DNA of 64,000 nt from the human T2T-CHM13v2.0 reference genome, Homo sapiens (GCF_009914755.1 NC_060939.1); one strand, 5' to 3'; positions 43,201-58,500 are shown, numbered from the stretch's first letter. Translations and numbers: made by a program. The notes: generated by a model not told the origin, from the letters alone.

Positions 43201-46200
43201 AAACACATGCCGTTGCTGTGTTTCTAAAAGAAGAAAAAAAACCCAGCCCAGTATAAACACTGCCTACCCTTCAAAGTGCAAATAACCATGCCTGTAAATC
43301 AGAAATGGAACTACTTATTTTCCTTTGAATTATAAAATGTGATGTATTGATTCAGGAGAAAACAGCAAATGAGCCTGCAGCTCAAGATTCTCCTGCCTCC
43401 AGGCCTCCCTTCAGGTGAGATTAAATTGTTTTACCTGCTTCCTGCCTCTCAGGGACTAGGGTAGCTTCAGTGTGGGATTGCATTTAGCTGCAATTTAGCT
43501 AGTTTCTGGTTCAGTAGCTGTCACTCACCCCTCATAAGGAGGCATGAGTGGAAATAAAGGTTTTCTCTCCACTGTGTGGGATTATTACTTGAGTCTTACT
43601 TTAGAATTCCATGAAATAAGACCACGGCTATGGAATGCTGGGGGAACTCCCCTCTCAAGGCTGGTTCCCCTGATGATCTGGTCTAAAGTCCTGGACCTGA
43701 AGATTACTGAGGACAACTTAATGATTACTTTTAGTTCCTCCCAGGGTCTGAGCTCCAGAGAGTCTTCCAAAAGTGTTTATTTTGTTTGATTTATTTTTCA
43801 AAAGCATTTTCTTTTTAAAGTTATTTTCCTGAAAACATTGAGCCTTACTTTCTTGATAACTTATTTTCAGTTGAGTCGTCACCAGATTTGCCAGCTGTGT
43901 ACTTTATCACTATTTGGAGAACTGAGGACAGTCCCTTTTTGAAATGCTCCCAATAAAGAAGACTTACTACTTTACACCTTGATATTTGAGCCCTCAAAGC
44001 CAAACTGTGGCAGGTCTTCAAGAGCAAAATCATTCTCTGCCCTTTTCAGTGGGACAGTGAACAGGGAAGTTCTCTGGGAGATTGTCACTGAAGTCATTAT
44101 GGAAGAGGGGGGCTTAAGGAGAAAATGACGGTAGCAGGGAACCTTTACAAAAGGATCAACAGCTCAGCCTGGCATCAGGGACTCTGAGTGATGAATAGGC
44201 GTTGGGCAGTTAGGAAGCCCAGGCCCTTCCTAACTAGTAGGATTTGGGATGTCAAAGGAAGCCAGGCAGGGCATTTGGGTTTTGCACAGCAGAACGGGAG
44301 TGAGGAGGAACACACAGAATCCAAGAAAATGGAACAGGAGCTCCAACAGGTTGGAGCAGAAGATATCCCATAAGCTGTTTGGGAATAGGCTTGGTAGGCA
44401 CGATCAGTCCAGGAAATTCTTTTCAGTGCCTTCTGAGCCTAGTCTCCATTGGTTAATGGTAGTCTGGCATAATTACATTTAGCCTACTTAAATCCTTCAA
44501 CACATTATATGTGAATAGGTACTTTGATTAGCATACCCTTTGAATATGCAAGCTTCCAGGTAGATTTGAGAAGTTTTCTATCTTTAGTTTGTATACTCTT
44601 CCAGAATGGGATATGTCGGTGGGTGGTGTGGTATCTCCTTTCTTAAATTTGAACTGAGAGAAGATGCTGAATTTAAGCAGAACTAAAAAGCAATCAGAAT
44701 AAAGAGTCTTGGGGGGTCATTATTTATCTAATCCTGGAAAGAAGAATGATTCTACCTTTGCCCAGACTCAGCCATTTCCGAAAAACCATGCCTGTTTTCT
44801 GTTTCTTCTCACACAGATGGAGTTGCCTTTGTGTGGAAATTCCTCTTAGTAATGAGCTCTTGGCCTTCCTATACTTGTTGTCTTACCTCCATTTTGCAGA
44901 TGGCATCCATCAAACATATTCCCAGATACCCCTCTTTAGGCTTTGGTCTTACTGGACTATTACCCAGAAATGCACACAACCAGAACACACTACTTAGTGA
45001 AGGCTACTATCATTTTTTTAACTTCTCCATTTTTTTCTCCACATTGCTCTCACAACCTCGCATTCTAAATGACCATTTTAGCCTGGAGAAAGTTGAGTCC
45101 CATTTTAGTTTGGAGAGCTATATCTCTGGAAGATGCTTCATTTTTCTTAGAAAGTTTATTGCCAAACTGGACATCTCTACATTTAGACCCTATAACAACA
45201 TTGTCTTGACTGTCCTCATGAGTGATCTGAGAGAAGGAATGAATTTGTGGGAATTTTCTGAGGGAAAATGTCATTCTCCTATTAGAAACCCTCATTCTCT
45301 AAATGAATAGTCACAGGCTGATTCACTGGTGAGAAGTCAAGAAACAACAAAGGTGGCTGGGAGGGGGTGGATATGCTATTTTTGCAATCTGAGACACCGC
45401 CACCCTGCATTTATTATAATCTAAAACAGCAAAGCATAACCTTTCTATGTTTCTGGAGGTGAGATAATCTCACTCCCCTGCCACAGTCTCCTATGGCTCA
45501 CAACTGTTCTTTCCAGGGGGCCTGAGGTGGGGAAAAGCAAGAGGCTGCATTTGCAGTTGTTAAAGAATAACTTTCTTTTTCTTTTTCTTAAAAATATTCT
45601 TACAAAAGCAATGTTCTATTCAGCCTGCCATTATGCTAAAAGCTTTTCCTTGGAAGACAATAGCTGTTCTCAGAAAAAAGATTTACATGGGGTCCCGAGG
45701 GTGTAATGAGCTACTGCGGCACCTGCCTTGGGTTGGGAGTTGTCACTTGTAAGTGGTTTTAAATTAGAAAGGAGTGGAAAAATACACAGTTACAGAATTC
45801 CCCTTTTGGCTTCTTTGCAAATCATTTTCCACTCTCTCTGGCCTTTGTCTCTTTCTAAGCCTCCTGATCAGGTGTGAAGAACAGAGCTTTCCGTTGGGGA
45901 GAGCTGGAAGTGACAACAGTGGTTGGTCCCAGGAAAACAGAAACTCAGGCGAACTGCAAAACTCTCACTCTGGACATTTCTGTTTTTGTACCTCCCAGAG
46001 ACATGTGGGGACAAGTATCACTATGGGATTACTGAATTTTAGAGCTTAACAATCCATAAAGACTATTGAGTCCTGATTTCTCAATTGCTGGTGAGAGATT
46101 GGGCTGAGGGACATAGGGACATGAGCTGGACTATCTAGGTTACCTATCTAGTTGGTGGCAGAGGTAGTTCTAGACCTCAGCCTCTTGTCTCTTGGCAATC

Positions 46201-46439
46201 TTTTTTTTTTTTCTGGAAAGTGATGCTTTTGACAAATAGTACAGCTAAAAAAAAAATTAACTACAAGAGCATAATGAGTTCTCTCCATGGAAATCTTTAA
46301 TAAAAGAAGTCAGAGAAACTGAACTGTGCCCTTTTCTTGTCTTGGGATTTCCATCTTTTCAGGCAACCTGGGCTGAAGATATTAGGAACACATAGATAAG
46401 TATTATTTAGTCTTTGTCACTGAGGTACTCATAATCTAC

Positions 46440-46442
<3 letters not shown>

Positions 46443-46487
<45 letters not shown>
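46443..46487. repeat. Pure (GT)n microsatellite, about 22 units
   Basis: Seen directly. Confidence 0.95.
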
Positions 46488-46488
<1 letters not shown>

Positions 46489-47283
46489 TGTCAAACGGGT
46501 CATTATAATACAGAAAGTTTTAACAGGGGTGAAACTAAGTTCAGCGGAAGCACAGAGAAGAGAGGATGTATCTTCATGGTAAAATCAAAGGGGGAGTTTT
46601 ACCCACCATGGTCACCTGTATAAACTCCACGTGCCTGGTGGTCTTGTATTGACACAGCTTTGCTTTCAAAGAAAGCTCAGTTGGCAATCCAAAAACTATT
46701 CTCATGACTCTTTCTTGAGAATACATGAAAAGTAAAATATATAAAACGCATCAAAACCATCTTAAATTTGTTTTTCCTCATTTTTCTCACTGTTGTTGAT
46801 CTGCCTGCATATCAACAGTGACTCACCATAATCCTACCCTCTTCAGATACAAACCCTCAAGCTGTGTGACATCGAGGATGGTTGAATATCTCCTTTCTGC
46901 TTTCCACTTTGGCCTAGTCACTTTAATAATAAGAAGTCAGGAATCCTTCCTCCTTCTAAGGCTGGTTGAAGTGGGTGGGAAAGATTGTAAAACCTTAAAG
47001 GTAGTTGAATAGCTTGGCTAACACCCTATCATGTAAATATTTTATTCTTATACAGTTTTACATAATATCATTTGGTTCTTATAATTATCTTATGAATTAA
47101 GAAAGACAATAATTATTACACCTATTTTATGGATGATAAAAATTAGATTCAGTGCCAATGCCATTGATTTACACTTTGAAGTCAAACTTCTATATGCAGA
47201 GAAATGGGGGCAATGTCTTTTCAAGTAGAAACATAGCATATGCAGAAGCAAGGAGACCTGGATATGGTGCTTTGAAAATCTCA

Positions 47284-47606
<323 letters not shown>

Positions 47607-50600
47607 TCAGGGTACAGGACTACAGAATTGTGGAATGAGTATGGGGACAGCAGATAAAATGGGAAAAGTAAGTTGGGCTAAATGATAGGTAGCCTTCTTT
47701 TTCATGTTAAAAAGTTTTTATTGAAGGCAATTATGAGCTAATAGGATGTTATTAAAAGCAGAGAAATGACAAGATCAGATTTGTTTTGGAAAGTTTTGTG
47801 GCAGTAATGTAGAGGAAAGTTTGGGGTAAGGAGGATAGTGGTGTCATGGAGTCCAGCACAGAGGAACTCTGAAGCATTTACGTCTTAGACTTACTGGGGT
47901 TCAAATATTGGCTCTGCCATTTGTTAACTTTATGACCTTGGAAAAGACGATTAAACACTTTGTGTCATGGTTTCCCCACATATAAGTTGTGGATAATAAT
48001 ACTTTTTCATAGAGCAATTTGAAGATTGTAAAGGGCTTAGAAGGGTGTCTCCCACATAGTGAGTGTTCAAGAAATATTATCAGTTGTTGGTCAACTAAGT
48101 GGGTGATGAGGTTTCAAAGGAAGATAGGTCTAGGGAAATGGGAGGGAGGGGCCTAAATTTAAGAGATGTGTCTCAGAAGTGAGACATCCTTGGTGACTGG
48201 CTGAGAGTAGGTATGAAGGGTAGGGAGTTGAAATATTAATATTTCCACTTTGGTTGGTGGGTGGATAGTTGAATGCCAACAAAGAATATGTGAAAAAGAG
48301 TAAGACTGTTGTCGGGGGATAAGAAGTTTGGTTTTGGAAATATACATTTTCAGAGGCCTAAAAATTATTTAAGAACTAAGGCTAAATATAATTATACAGC
48401 CAATATGCTATAAAATATACTCTATTTTAGAGAGAAATAAAACAAATTTTATACTACCTAATTTTCTCAATCAGCAAGGATATCAGAGTTAATTCTATAC
48501 AGTTATTACAGCAGAAACATGTAATATATTTCATCAGAATCAGTCCTAGAACATTCTATTCTACAAATTTGTTCATGTGATATAATGATTTGCATATTTC
48601 AAGGTCATTATTTACAAAACAATTACATATGACTAATACCTCACAACAGCCCTGTGAGGTAAGAAAAAAGAAAGAATTGGATGTATTATCTCCATGTTTA
48701 GATGATGAAATTGAGACCTGAGAAAGACATATAATAAGTAGGAGGTAGAGCTTGGATTTGAACCAAATCTGAATTCTAAACCCCATAAGCGTAACTGTTG
48801 TACTGACTGCCTCTTTCAGCTGTGCAATAATGAGGGAAAATCCTTTACCTTCAAGATACAATCACCCATATGTCAGAAGAATTGTTTACACTACAAGTAA
48901 TATGTTCTAGGCTCCTCCAATGGTCATTTAAACACTAATAACCCTTATAATTTTAGTAAAATCTAAATATTACTGCCTCTACAATACTCTGCATTCCTCT
49001 CCCACCCGTATCTAAAATGCTTCATCCCTACTAACCTTCTTTCTACTTATTGAACACAGCAACCTAACCACCTCCACTGGGTCTCTATATCTGCTGTTTC
49101 CTCTGTGTCCAACACTTTTTCTCCATAGCTATGCATGGTTGATTTCTCCTTGTCATATAGTATTCATGCTCACGTCAAGGAAGTCTTCCCGGATCATGAT
49201 ATCTAATGTTGTTCCCCTACTCCGAATCTCTTTATCACATGACCTTGCTACTTTTTTTCTTCATTGCCTCTATGACTGAGCTCCATGAAAGCACAGACTA
49301 TATGTTGTATTTTTTTCTATTGTATGTCTTTGAACTAACACAGTCTCTGCATGAAGCAGGTGCACAAGACATGTTTATTCAACAAGTAAGTGAAATCCCT
49401 GAACCTGTTCTTGCTCCTAGCCACCATGTAGGACCTTTAACCTCTCTTGGAAAGTTACCTCTTACCCGGTTATTTCTTGGGTCCCCAAGGGTAGCCACAA
49501 ATGTGCTCATAAAGCAGCTATTGGCTATGGTCTCCACACCACTTCATTCTTTCCCTGATGCTTGGACTTCTCTTGGTAGTTGTTTGTTTTCCTTGCAGTC
49601 TCGAAAAGGACTTTTGCCATTGCTATGTTTTCAGAGAGTTACTGGATTCCATGTAAAGGTAGGGGAATAGCCCTCTCCAAAACTGTGCCACACATCCACA
49701 CTACCTCAAGTGGTATGAGTCTCCTCACGTTTCTGGTGAAAACAGCTCCATCATCACAGGCTGGATGAGGATGAGATGAACCCCATGCCTCCAAGGTTCA
49801 GATGCCTTTCTCTTTCAGGATTCTTATACCCAAGGAATAAAAACACAACCAATGTTTCTCTTTCAGGATCCTTGCACCTAAGGCAGAAAAACACAACCGA
49901 TTTGTCTTCCATTGTTATTAACACATGTCCTGAGGGCTGGGTAATTAGCAACCTTGTCAGTTCCCCAAACTCAGGATATAAGACGGTGCTAGCCAGGCAT
50001 GACCATGAGTTTGCTATTAAAATTCCCAATAAAATATGTGGTTTTCATAAAGCAAAACAATACAATTTATTGTTCATGGATATTTACATGTGTAGAGAAG
50101 TATAAAACCATGCTGAAGGAAAGCTACCGCCAGATTCAAGATAGTGATTCCATCTGAGGAAGGAGAAAGGGAAAGCGAAATTTAAAGCAGAAAGGGAAAG
50201 CAAAATGAAATCTAAATCTCATCTATTGGGGAGTTTGTATTTCTTAAAGAAAAAGAGTTCTAAAGAAAATATGTAAAAATGTTAATGATTTTAAACATGG
50301 GTGTCTCATATTATTTTCTGCCTCCAACTATTTTTATATTTCATGTCTAAAATTAAAAAACTAAAAAGTGTCAACATGTCATCCTTGTCTAACAAATGCA
50401 TAAATTAGAGTTAGAAATGTGAAAATAACTCCATATTCCTCCTATTACTACTCCTCAGACAATTACTGTTAGTAGTTTTAAATTTATCCTTTAATACACA
50501 GATGCATGCACACACACATGCACACTCACATACTGACGCATGAATACATATGTACAGAGCCTTGAAATTTAGGTAAAAAGTACTTAAATTGGCCTTCTTG

Positions 50601-50789
50601 ACAATTGAAGTCTGTGACTTCCTTTGGAAATCCAAATCTCTTTCCCATTAATCTGAGACTTGACAGCCTCGCCAGATTCTGTGCTACCACTTTACACTCC
50701 CACAAAGTGTAAGAGATTATTTTCTTCCATGGCTCAGTCAACAATTTTATCTGTCTTCTGCATTTTTATACTTAATAGTTTTTAAAATT

Positions 50790-51875
50790 TTTTTTAATTT
50801 AATTTTTTTTATTTTTAATTTTTTGGTGGGTACATAGTAGGTGTATATATTTACGGTGCACATGAAATGTTTTGATACAGGCACACAATGTGAAATAAGC
50901 ACATCATGGACAATGGGACATCCATCCCCTCAAACATTTATCCTTTGAGTTACAAATAATCTAGTTACATTATTTAAGTTATTTCAAAATATACAATTAA
51001 GTTATTATTGACTATAGTCACCCCATTGGGCTATCAAATAGTAGGTCTTAGTCATTCTATTTTCTTGTACCCATTAACCATCTCCACCTCCCCCTGTGAC
51101 CCTCTACTACCTTCCAAGCCTCTGGTAACCATCCTTCTACTCTTTATCTTCATGAGTTCAATTGATTCGATTTTTAGATCCCACAATTAAGTGAGAACAT
51201 GCAATATTTGTCTTTCTGTGTCTGGCTTATTTCATGTAACATAATGATCTCCATTTCTATCCATGTTGTTGCAAATGACTGAATCTTATTCTTTTTTATG
51301 GCTGAATAATACTCCATTATGTATATGTAACCACGTTTTCTTTATTCATTCATGTGTTGAGGGACACTTAGATTGCTTCCAGATCTTAGCTATTGTAAAA
51401 ACAGTGCTGCAATGAACATAGGAGTGCAAATATCTCTTTGATATACTGATTTCCTTTCTTTTGAGTATATATCCAGCAGTGGGCTTGCTGGATCATATGG
51501 TAGCTCAATTTTTAGTTTTTTGAGGAACTTCCAAACTGTTTTCCATAGTGGTTGTACTAATTTACATTCCCACAACAGTGTGCAAGGATTCCCTTTTCTC
51601 CATACTCTCAACAGCATTTGTTATTGCCTGTCTTTTGGATAAAAGCCATTTTAACTGTGGTAAGATGATATCGCATTGTGGTTTTGATTTGCATTTATCT
51701 GATGATCACTGATGTTGAGCACCTTTTCATGTACCTGTTTGCCATTTGTATGTCTTCTTTTGAGAAATGTCTATTTAAATCTTTTGCCCATTTTTTGATC
51801 GGATCATTCAATTTTTTCCTATAGAGTTGTTTAAGCTCTTTATATCTTCTGGCTATTAATTCTTTGTCAGAGGGG
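50790..51875 (-). mobile_element. L1MA 3' portion
   Basis: Reverse L1 3'UTR and ORF2 C-terminus; ORF 51390-51617 ([21 protein letters not shown]) is L1 ORF2. Confidence 0.92.
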
Positions 51876-52411
51876 AGTTTTAAAAAATCTTAACTCTCTT
51901 GCCCCCCTCCAAAAAGAACTCACCATTTTAGTGTTATTCTAATTTGTATTTTTGGGGGCGTGACTCAGGTGGTCCATATTTTAAAATGTTTGTGATTTTC
52001 ATTTCTTCCTTTTAAATTGTTTATTTTTAAAATCATTTGTCTGGTTTGTCTATTATGTTAGATGATTTGTTCTATAAATGATTTATGAGGAACTCTTTGA
52101 ATATTAGGAATATTCCTCTGTGTTAAACATGGATTCATTCATTTAGCAAAGATTTATTGATTATTGATCATTTTACTAAATATGGGAACATTTTCTCCCT
52201 GTCACCTCTTTTTAAATTTGTTAGTTTTTTTTTGCTTAATTTTCATGGAATCTAATATAGTAGTCTATTTTTTACACTTGTAAGCATAATGTGTTAGGAA
52301 AAAGTTTCCCTTTTTACAGATGATGGAAGTAAGACCTAGGGAATAAAAGTGATGTGCCTGGTTGCATAGCTATTAAATATGGAGTGAGAAATCAGAATTT
52401 AGGTCTTCTCT

Positions 52412-52538
52412 CAGCAGCATAGGGTGGCGTGTGCCTGTAGTCCCAACCATTTGAGAGGCTGAGGTGGGAGAATCACTTGGGCCTAGGAGTTTGAGTCTAG
52501 TCTGGACAGTATAGTGAGACCCTGTCTTAAAAAAAAAA
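52412..52538 (+). mobile_element. Alu monomer (FLAM-like)
   Basis: Single monomer with A tail; TSD about ttaggtcttctct on both sides. Confidence 0.8.
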
Positions 52539-52999
52539 TTAGGTCTTCTCTAATCAGACAAACAGTTTTGTTTTTAGTATCTTATAAAATAATTTATATA
52601 ACATATAGACCTAGATTAAAGAACAATAATAAAATGGACATCTATGTATACACAATCCAATTTAAGAAATATGACATTTACCTATATTTTAGTCCCCATA
52701 ACAATTTGCTCAATGGCTTTCACTCATACTACCTCAGAGTAACTACCATCCTGAATTCTGTGCTAAATGGTCTTTTGCTATTCTTTATACTTTTAAATCA
52801 CATATTTATATATCTCTGACCATCTACTATTGAGTTTGCCTGTTTGGGACTTTACATAAACAGAAACATTATATAATTCTATTTATAATTGCTTATCTTA
52901 TTAAACATATTTTAAAGATTAAACTATGTTAACATGTTTGAGTTGGCATCTGAGTTACTCATTTTTCATTGCTCTATAACGAATTCCTATGTATGAATT

Positions 53000-53325
53000 T
53001 AGGTCAGTTTCTCCCCTAGAATTCATGAGTTGAAACCCTAATCCCCAATGTGATTGTATTTGAAGTAAGGAAGTAATTAAGGTTAAACAAGATCATATGG
53101 GTGGGGCCCTGATGATACTAGTGTTCTTATAAGAAGAGACACAAGAGAGATTACTCCCTTTCTCTCTGCCATGTGAGGACACTGAGAGAAGATGTGGCCA
53201 TCTACAAGCCAGGAAGAGAGCCCTCTTCAGAACCTGACCTTGTTGGCACTCTGCTATCAGACTTCCAGCCTCCAAAACCGTTAAAATAAATTTCTGTTGT
53301 TTAAGCCACCCAGTCTATAATATTT
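53000..53325 (+). mobile_element. MLT1A/MST-like MaLR LTR
   Basis: 'gttgaaaccctaatccccaatgtga', 'aataaatttctgttgtttaagccacccagtcta'. Confidence 0.8.
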
Positions 53326-53329
53326 CTTC

Positions 53330-55540
53330 TAGGTATTTTATGGTTTTAGGTCTTACATTTATGTTTTAAATTCACTTTGAGTTGATTTTTGTATATGGTG
53401 TAAGATAAGGGATTGATTTCATTCTTCTGCATCTGTATATTTAGTTTTCTCAACAACATATATAAGAGACTGTCCTTTCCCCATTGTGTACTCTTGACAC
53501 CTGCATCAAAGATCAATTGACCACATATGCATGGATTTATTTCTGGCTCCTTATTCTGTTCCATTGGTCTGTAAGTTCGTTTTTATGATAGTACCATGTG
53601 GAGTTGGTTACTACAGCTTTGTAGTATATTTTAAAATCAGGTATTGTGATGTCTCCAGCTTTGTTCTTTATTTTTCTCAAGATTGCTTTGGCTATTTGGG
53701 ATCTTTGGTGGTTTCATATGAATTTTAGAATTGTTTTATCTATTTCTGTGAAAAGTATCATTGGAATTTTGATAGAGATTGAATTGGGTCTGTAGATTGC
53801 TTTGGATAGTATGGCAATTTTAACAATATTATTTCAACCCATGAACATGGTATACCTTTCCATTTATATGTGTCTTCTTCAATTTATTTTTCAATGTTTT
53901 ATAGTTTTTAGTGTGGAGCTCTTTCACCTCCTTGGTTAAATTTATTCCTAAGTTTTATTTTTATGTTATTGTAAATGAGATTTTTTAAATTTCCTTTCAA
54001 ATAGTTTGTTGTCAGTGTATAGAAACACTGCTGATTTTTGTATGTTAAATTTGCATTCTGCAACTTACCAAATTTATTAGTTGTAGCAGTTTTTGTGTGA
54101 AAGTCTTTAGAGTTTTCTACATATAAGATTATGTCATCTACAAACAGAAAAATTTTTACTTCTTTCTTTCCAATTAGGATGCCTTTTATTTCTTTTTCTT
54201 GCCTAATTGGTCTGGCTAGGACCACTAGTACTATATCGAATAGAAGTGGTGAGAGTAGGCATCCTTGTCTTACTCCTGATCTTAGAGGAAAAGCTTTCAG
54301 CTTTTTGTCTTTGAGTATGTATTTAGCTGTGGGCTTGTCATATTTGGCCTTTATCATGTTGCAGTAAGTTTCTTCTATAACTAATTTATTGAGAGTTGTT
54401 TTTATCATGAAAGGATATTGAATTTTATGGCATTTTATGCATCTGTTTTAATGACCATATGATTTTTATCCTTCATTTTGTTAATGTTGTGTATCACAAT
54501 AATAACATTTATTGTTCATGTTTTGTAACACATTTGTACATGTTGAACATCCTTGCAGCCTAGAGATAAATCCCCCTTGATCATGGTGTATGATGTTTTA
54601 ATGTGCTCTCAAATTTTGTTTGCTAGTATTCCATTGGCAATTTTTGTATCTATGTTTATCAAATATATTGGCCTATAATTTTCTTTTCTTATAATATCCC
54701 TGTCTAGCTTCAGTCATAGAGTAAAGCTGGCCTTGAAAAATTAGCTTGTAAATGTTCCCTTGTCTTCAATTTTTTGGGAGAGTTAGAGAAGGACTGGAGT
54801 TAATTCTTTAAATACTTGGTAGAATTTACCAGCGAAGCCATCAGATCCTGAGCTTTTCTTTGTTGGGAGTTTTTTGATTACAGATTCAATCTCCTTACTT
54901 GTTATTGGTCTTCTGTTAATATTTTCTGTTTCTTCATGATTCAGTCTTGGTAGGTTTATGTTTCTAGGAATTTATTCATTTCTTTGGGTTGTCTAATATG
55001 TTGCCACAGAATTGTTCATAGTAGTCGCTTATGATCCTTTGTATTTCTGTGGTATCAGTTGTAATGCCTCTTGTTTAAAATTTTATTTAAACCTCCTCTC
55101 TTTTTCTCTTACTTAGTTTGGCTAAAGGTTTGTCAATTTTGTTTATTTTTTTGAAAAAGCAACTCTTAATTTCATTGATCCAAAGATTCTTGGTGGGCGT
55201 TTGGCATGATCCACAGGCAGGCTTCCTGTTGGAGTCCTTGGGCAGGTGGCTAGTTCCAGGGTCAGCAGGTGAGTGGGTCTGTGCCTGGATTCACTGAGGG
55301 GAGCCTAAAGCTGGGATCTGCTGGGGGTGGCCCTGAATCTTAGTTCTCCAAGGGTCAGCCTGGTGCAGGGGGCCCCTGGGGTGGACCTGTTCACTGGATC
55401 TCAGGGGACTGGCTTGGAGCCTGTGTTCGCAGGGGCTGAACGAGCACCTCTACTGAGGCAGGGTTGGACCATGGGTCCACTGAGGCATGGAGCCGTGGGG
55501 GCCAGCCTAGAGCCTGGGGCCACAGAAGCTGGCCTGGCAA
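53330..55540 (-). mobile_element. Old L1M: decayed ORF2 reverse-transcriptase region (53330-55180) joined to a GC-rich L1M 5'-region-like segment (55185-55540)
   Basis: ORF 53908-54408 has [19 protein letters not shown] and FVDD, decayed forms of L1 RT motifs RQGCPLSP and FADD. Confidence 0.85.
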
Positions 55541-58500
55541 AAGCATTTCTATTTGCCTCTGTTAGTCAACTGAGAGTGCTAGCAAACTGGGATGACCATA
55601 TTCTCTACTATGGATTTTTGGGATCACATATGGATCATAAATTCAAACGTATGTGAGGATTTGCTTATCATTATAAATTCCTAGGGAAAATTTGACATAA
55701 AAAGCTGTTCCTGCTCTCCCGTTCTGTGAATTAAGAGTAAAGACCTTTGGACACTTAGCTTTATGCAGGGATTTCCTACTGGATGCCCTGCCGTGGGTGG
55801 GCCCCGCGCTTCACTCCTGGTTCCCTGCGTCCCTTGCAGCCCTCAGAACAGAAGCTCAAGGTCTCCAAGGCTCAGTTGAAACCTTCAGGGGGAGAGACAG
55901 GCTTCGACGCTTGCTTATTTCCCAAGTTGTGTTTTTGGTTTCCCTTTGTTCTTGGCACTTACAGATTTATTCTTTCAGACCAATTCAGCAATGCATCAAA
56001 AATGACTTTTGAAAAGAAATTCAACATTTTTGTTGTTTCCTTTGGCAGGTTGTTCAGAACAGTTAGTCTATTATTCTGCAAAAAATGGAAGTTCTTACCC
56101 CCTTGATCTTTCTACTTTACATGCTACTTTCTTCCATTAGAAAGAAAAATGCAAGTCTATTTTTTGTTTGCTATAATGGATAATATGAATTTGAAGGTCT
56201 GTTTGTAATTTGAAATAGCATATCTGCTATTCTACGTTTAGAATTGACATTATTCCTGCTGAAAAGAATACGCTTTCTTTTATGGTTCTTGGAATTTTTT
56301 TTTCCTTAGCAGATAGTAAGAATTTTAGTGAAGAAATATTTTGGAGTTCCTGAATTAAGATTCCAACCAAAACCCGGGTTTTCTCCGGGGCTTCCTATTT
56401 TTTTTCTTTTTTTTGACATCACGAATATCAACAGAAGAGTGTGATTTTTATTTTTTCCGCTTGTAAGATGACTAATTTACCCAGAGGCACCTCATGTGTG
56501 TTTTTAGTCACCTGTATCCAACATCAACACCAGAAAGCTCAAAAAGACAAGTTATTCGATATACCACACCCAGCTGTTCTGATCTGTGAGGCTTGCTTGA
56601 GGTACCTTCAGCTGCGGAAGGAGCTTGTTCCCTTGCAGCTGGTGGAAATTCTCTCAGTCCCAAGATGGAACTTCTAAATTGTAACTTACAGGGCGGGTGT
56701 AATTACAGTAATTGGGACAGTGAATAATTCTCAGCATAGCTGATCGATGTTCCCATGCTCTCAAAAATCAGGATAGAGTGATGTAGTAGAACCCAGATAT
56801 GAATCCTAGCTATTTTTTCACAATGAATGTTCATGACCTAGTGGGAGTCTTCATTTCTCTGTTAGAGTAAGTGATGAGTGATTATGGCCACAGGGACATC
56901 CCCTCACCCCAAAACAAAACTTACAGTCACATTCAAGCCAGATTACAGAATGCTGAGATTGTATTGTACTACCACTTCTTTCTTCTTGAAAGCAGGGATT
57001 GGATTCAGTAGAGGAAAACCGATGTGAATGATGTGGCAATTTCCAATTTGTTGGTGGTGTTTTCCTACTGCCATTCGCCCAAGCAAAGTTGTAGAAAGGA
57101 AGTTGTTTGGCCAGACAGGAGATTGTCAATAGCAGCCTCTCGAGGCGGTAGCTGGGAGCTCACTTCACTGATTCCCTTCACAAGAGAGATTTGGAAACAC
57201 AGGTTATGAGCTGAGTCATTGGGCAAATTAACTGCCCCAAATGTGATAATTAAAATGTATGTCCATGAGCCACCTTGGTAATGATCAAGTGATCAAGTTC
57301 TCCCCTTAAGCAACTGTGCGCATTGTTGCCTTTCCTGGTAACAGATGATCGCATTAAGAGCTTGCATGCTGCAGCTCAGAGGGAATTGGTGTTACCCCAG
57401 TGTCCTATGTGTATCTTCCCTGCAGCTGATTTTCTGTGGCTCATTGAGCAACGAGTCCAGGTGGCAGCTGTGGATTTTGACATCCCAGAATTTTACAGGG
57501 CAAGGGCATTCTCAACATGTAGTGATGCACATCCCGTTAGGAAGTGGCTATTCATGAAACTGACAGGGTGAAGCCCTAATTAGAAAGACCAGCAGGGCTC
57601 TCTGTACCCCAGGATGCTTCAACAGAGCTGTCACTGTCTCCCCTCAGGCAGGATCATTGGGCTGAAACACTGAGCAAAAAACATTTTGTTCAATGTTCAA
57701 CAAAAATAACTCCCATCATTAGCAACATGACAAGTGAAAGGACCTGCATGTCAAAAGAAAAGGATTTATGCGTCGTTGTAAATAATGAGTGATTCTAAAA
57801 ACTTTAAGCTGCTGGGGAAGCAGCTTTCAGCTTCTGGAAGGTGCTGTTGGAAACCCATAGAGTCAAATGGGTATGCTTCTCTGGTTTTCAGCAGATGGAA
57901 GCTTAATTTGAGGTTTTGGGAACACTTTAGTCATGGTAAGAAGTGGGGGACACCTGAATTTGAATCATGGATTATCTCAATATTTTGCAGGACTTATTTC
58001 TTTGAGGTCGATTTTCTTGGTCTTTAAAATGGAGGGTTGTAAGTGACTATCTTCTTTGTTTAGGTATATAATGTAGTCTTGTTTATTCAGATTCTGAACT
58101 CTTTAGAAAAAAAACAAAGAATTCCCACATACCAAATTGCAGTCTAAGCACACTTACGCAAACAACATTTATTCCTTATGATTAAAAAGAAATGTAGCCA
58201 GAGGGTATGGCAGTTTCTTAAGTTGTTATGAAAAGCAAGAATCCTTATCTTAATTTCTTTTCAATCAATAACGATTTCTAATTCACAAGGAAAAGGAAAG
58301 CGAAATAGAAACTGTCTTCCTTTGAAGGAAGCTGTGATGTAATGATTTGCTGGGCAACTTACATAGTTTAATTAAGCGCTCTGATTAAATCAATATGTAT
58401 CCAACAGTTCAGCCTGGCAATCAGCTTAATCTCATTAACTGTTGTTCAGACCCCAATAATTGATTAATAATACATTATCATTTATGAATTATTGACTTCA

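Noticed and set aside
53908-54408. 166-aa reverse-transcriptase-like ORF
   Set aside because: Decayed, frameshifted L1 ORF2 fragment, not an active or novel RT
56369-56382. Perfect 14-bp palindrome AAAACCCGGGTTTT
   Set aside because: Several palindromes of this length are expected by chance in 64 kb (64000/4^7 is about 4)
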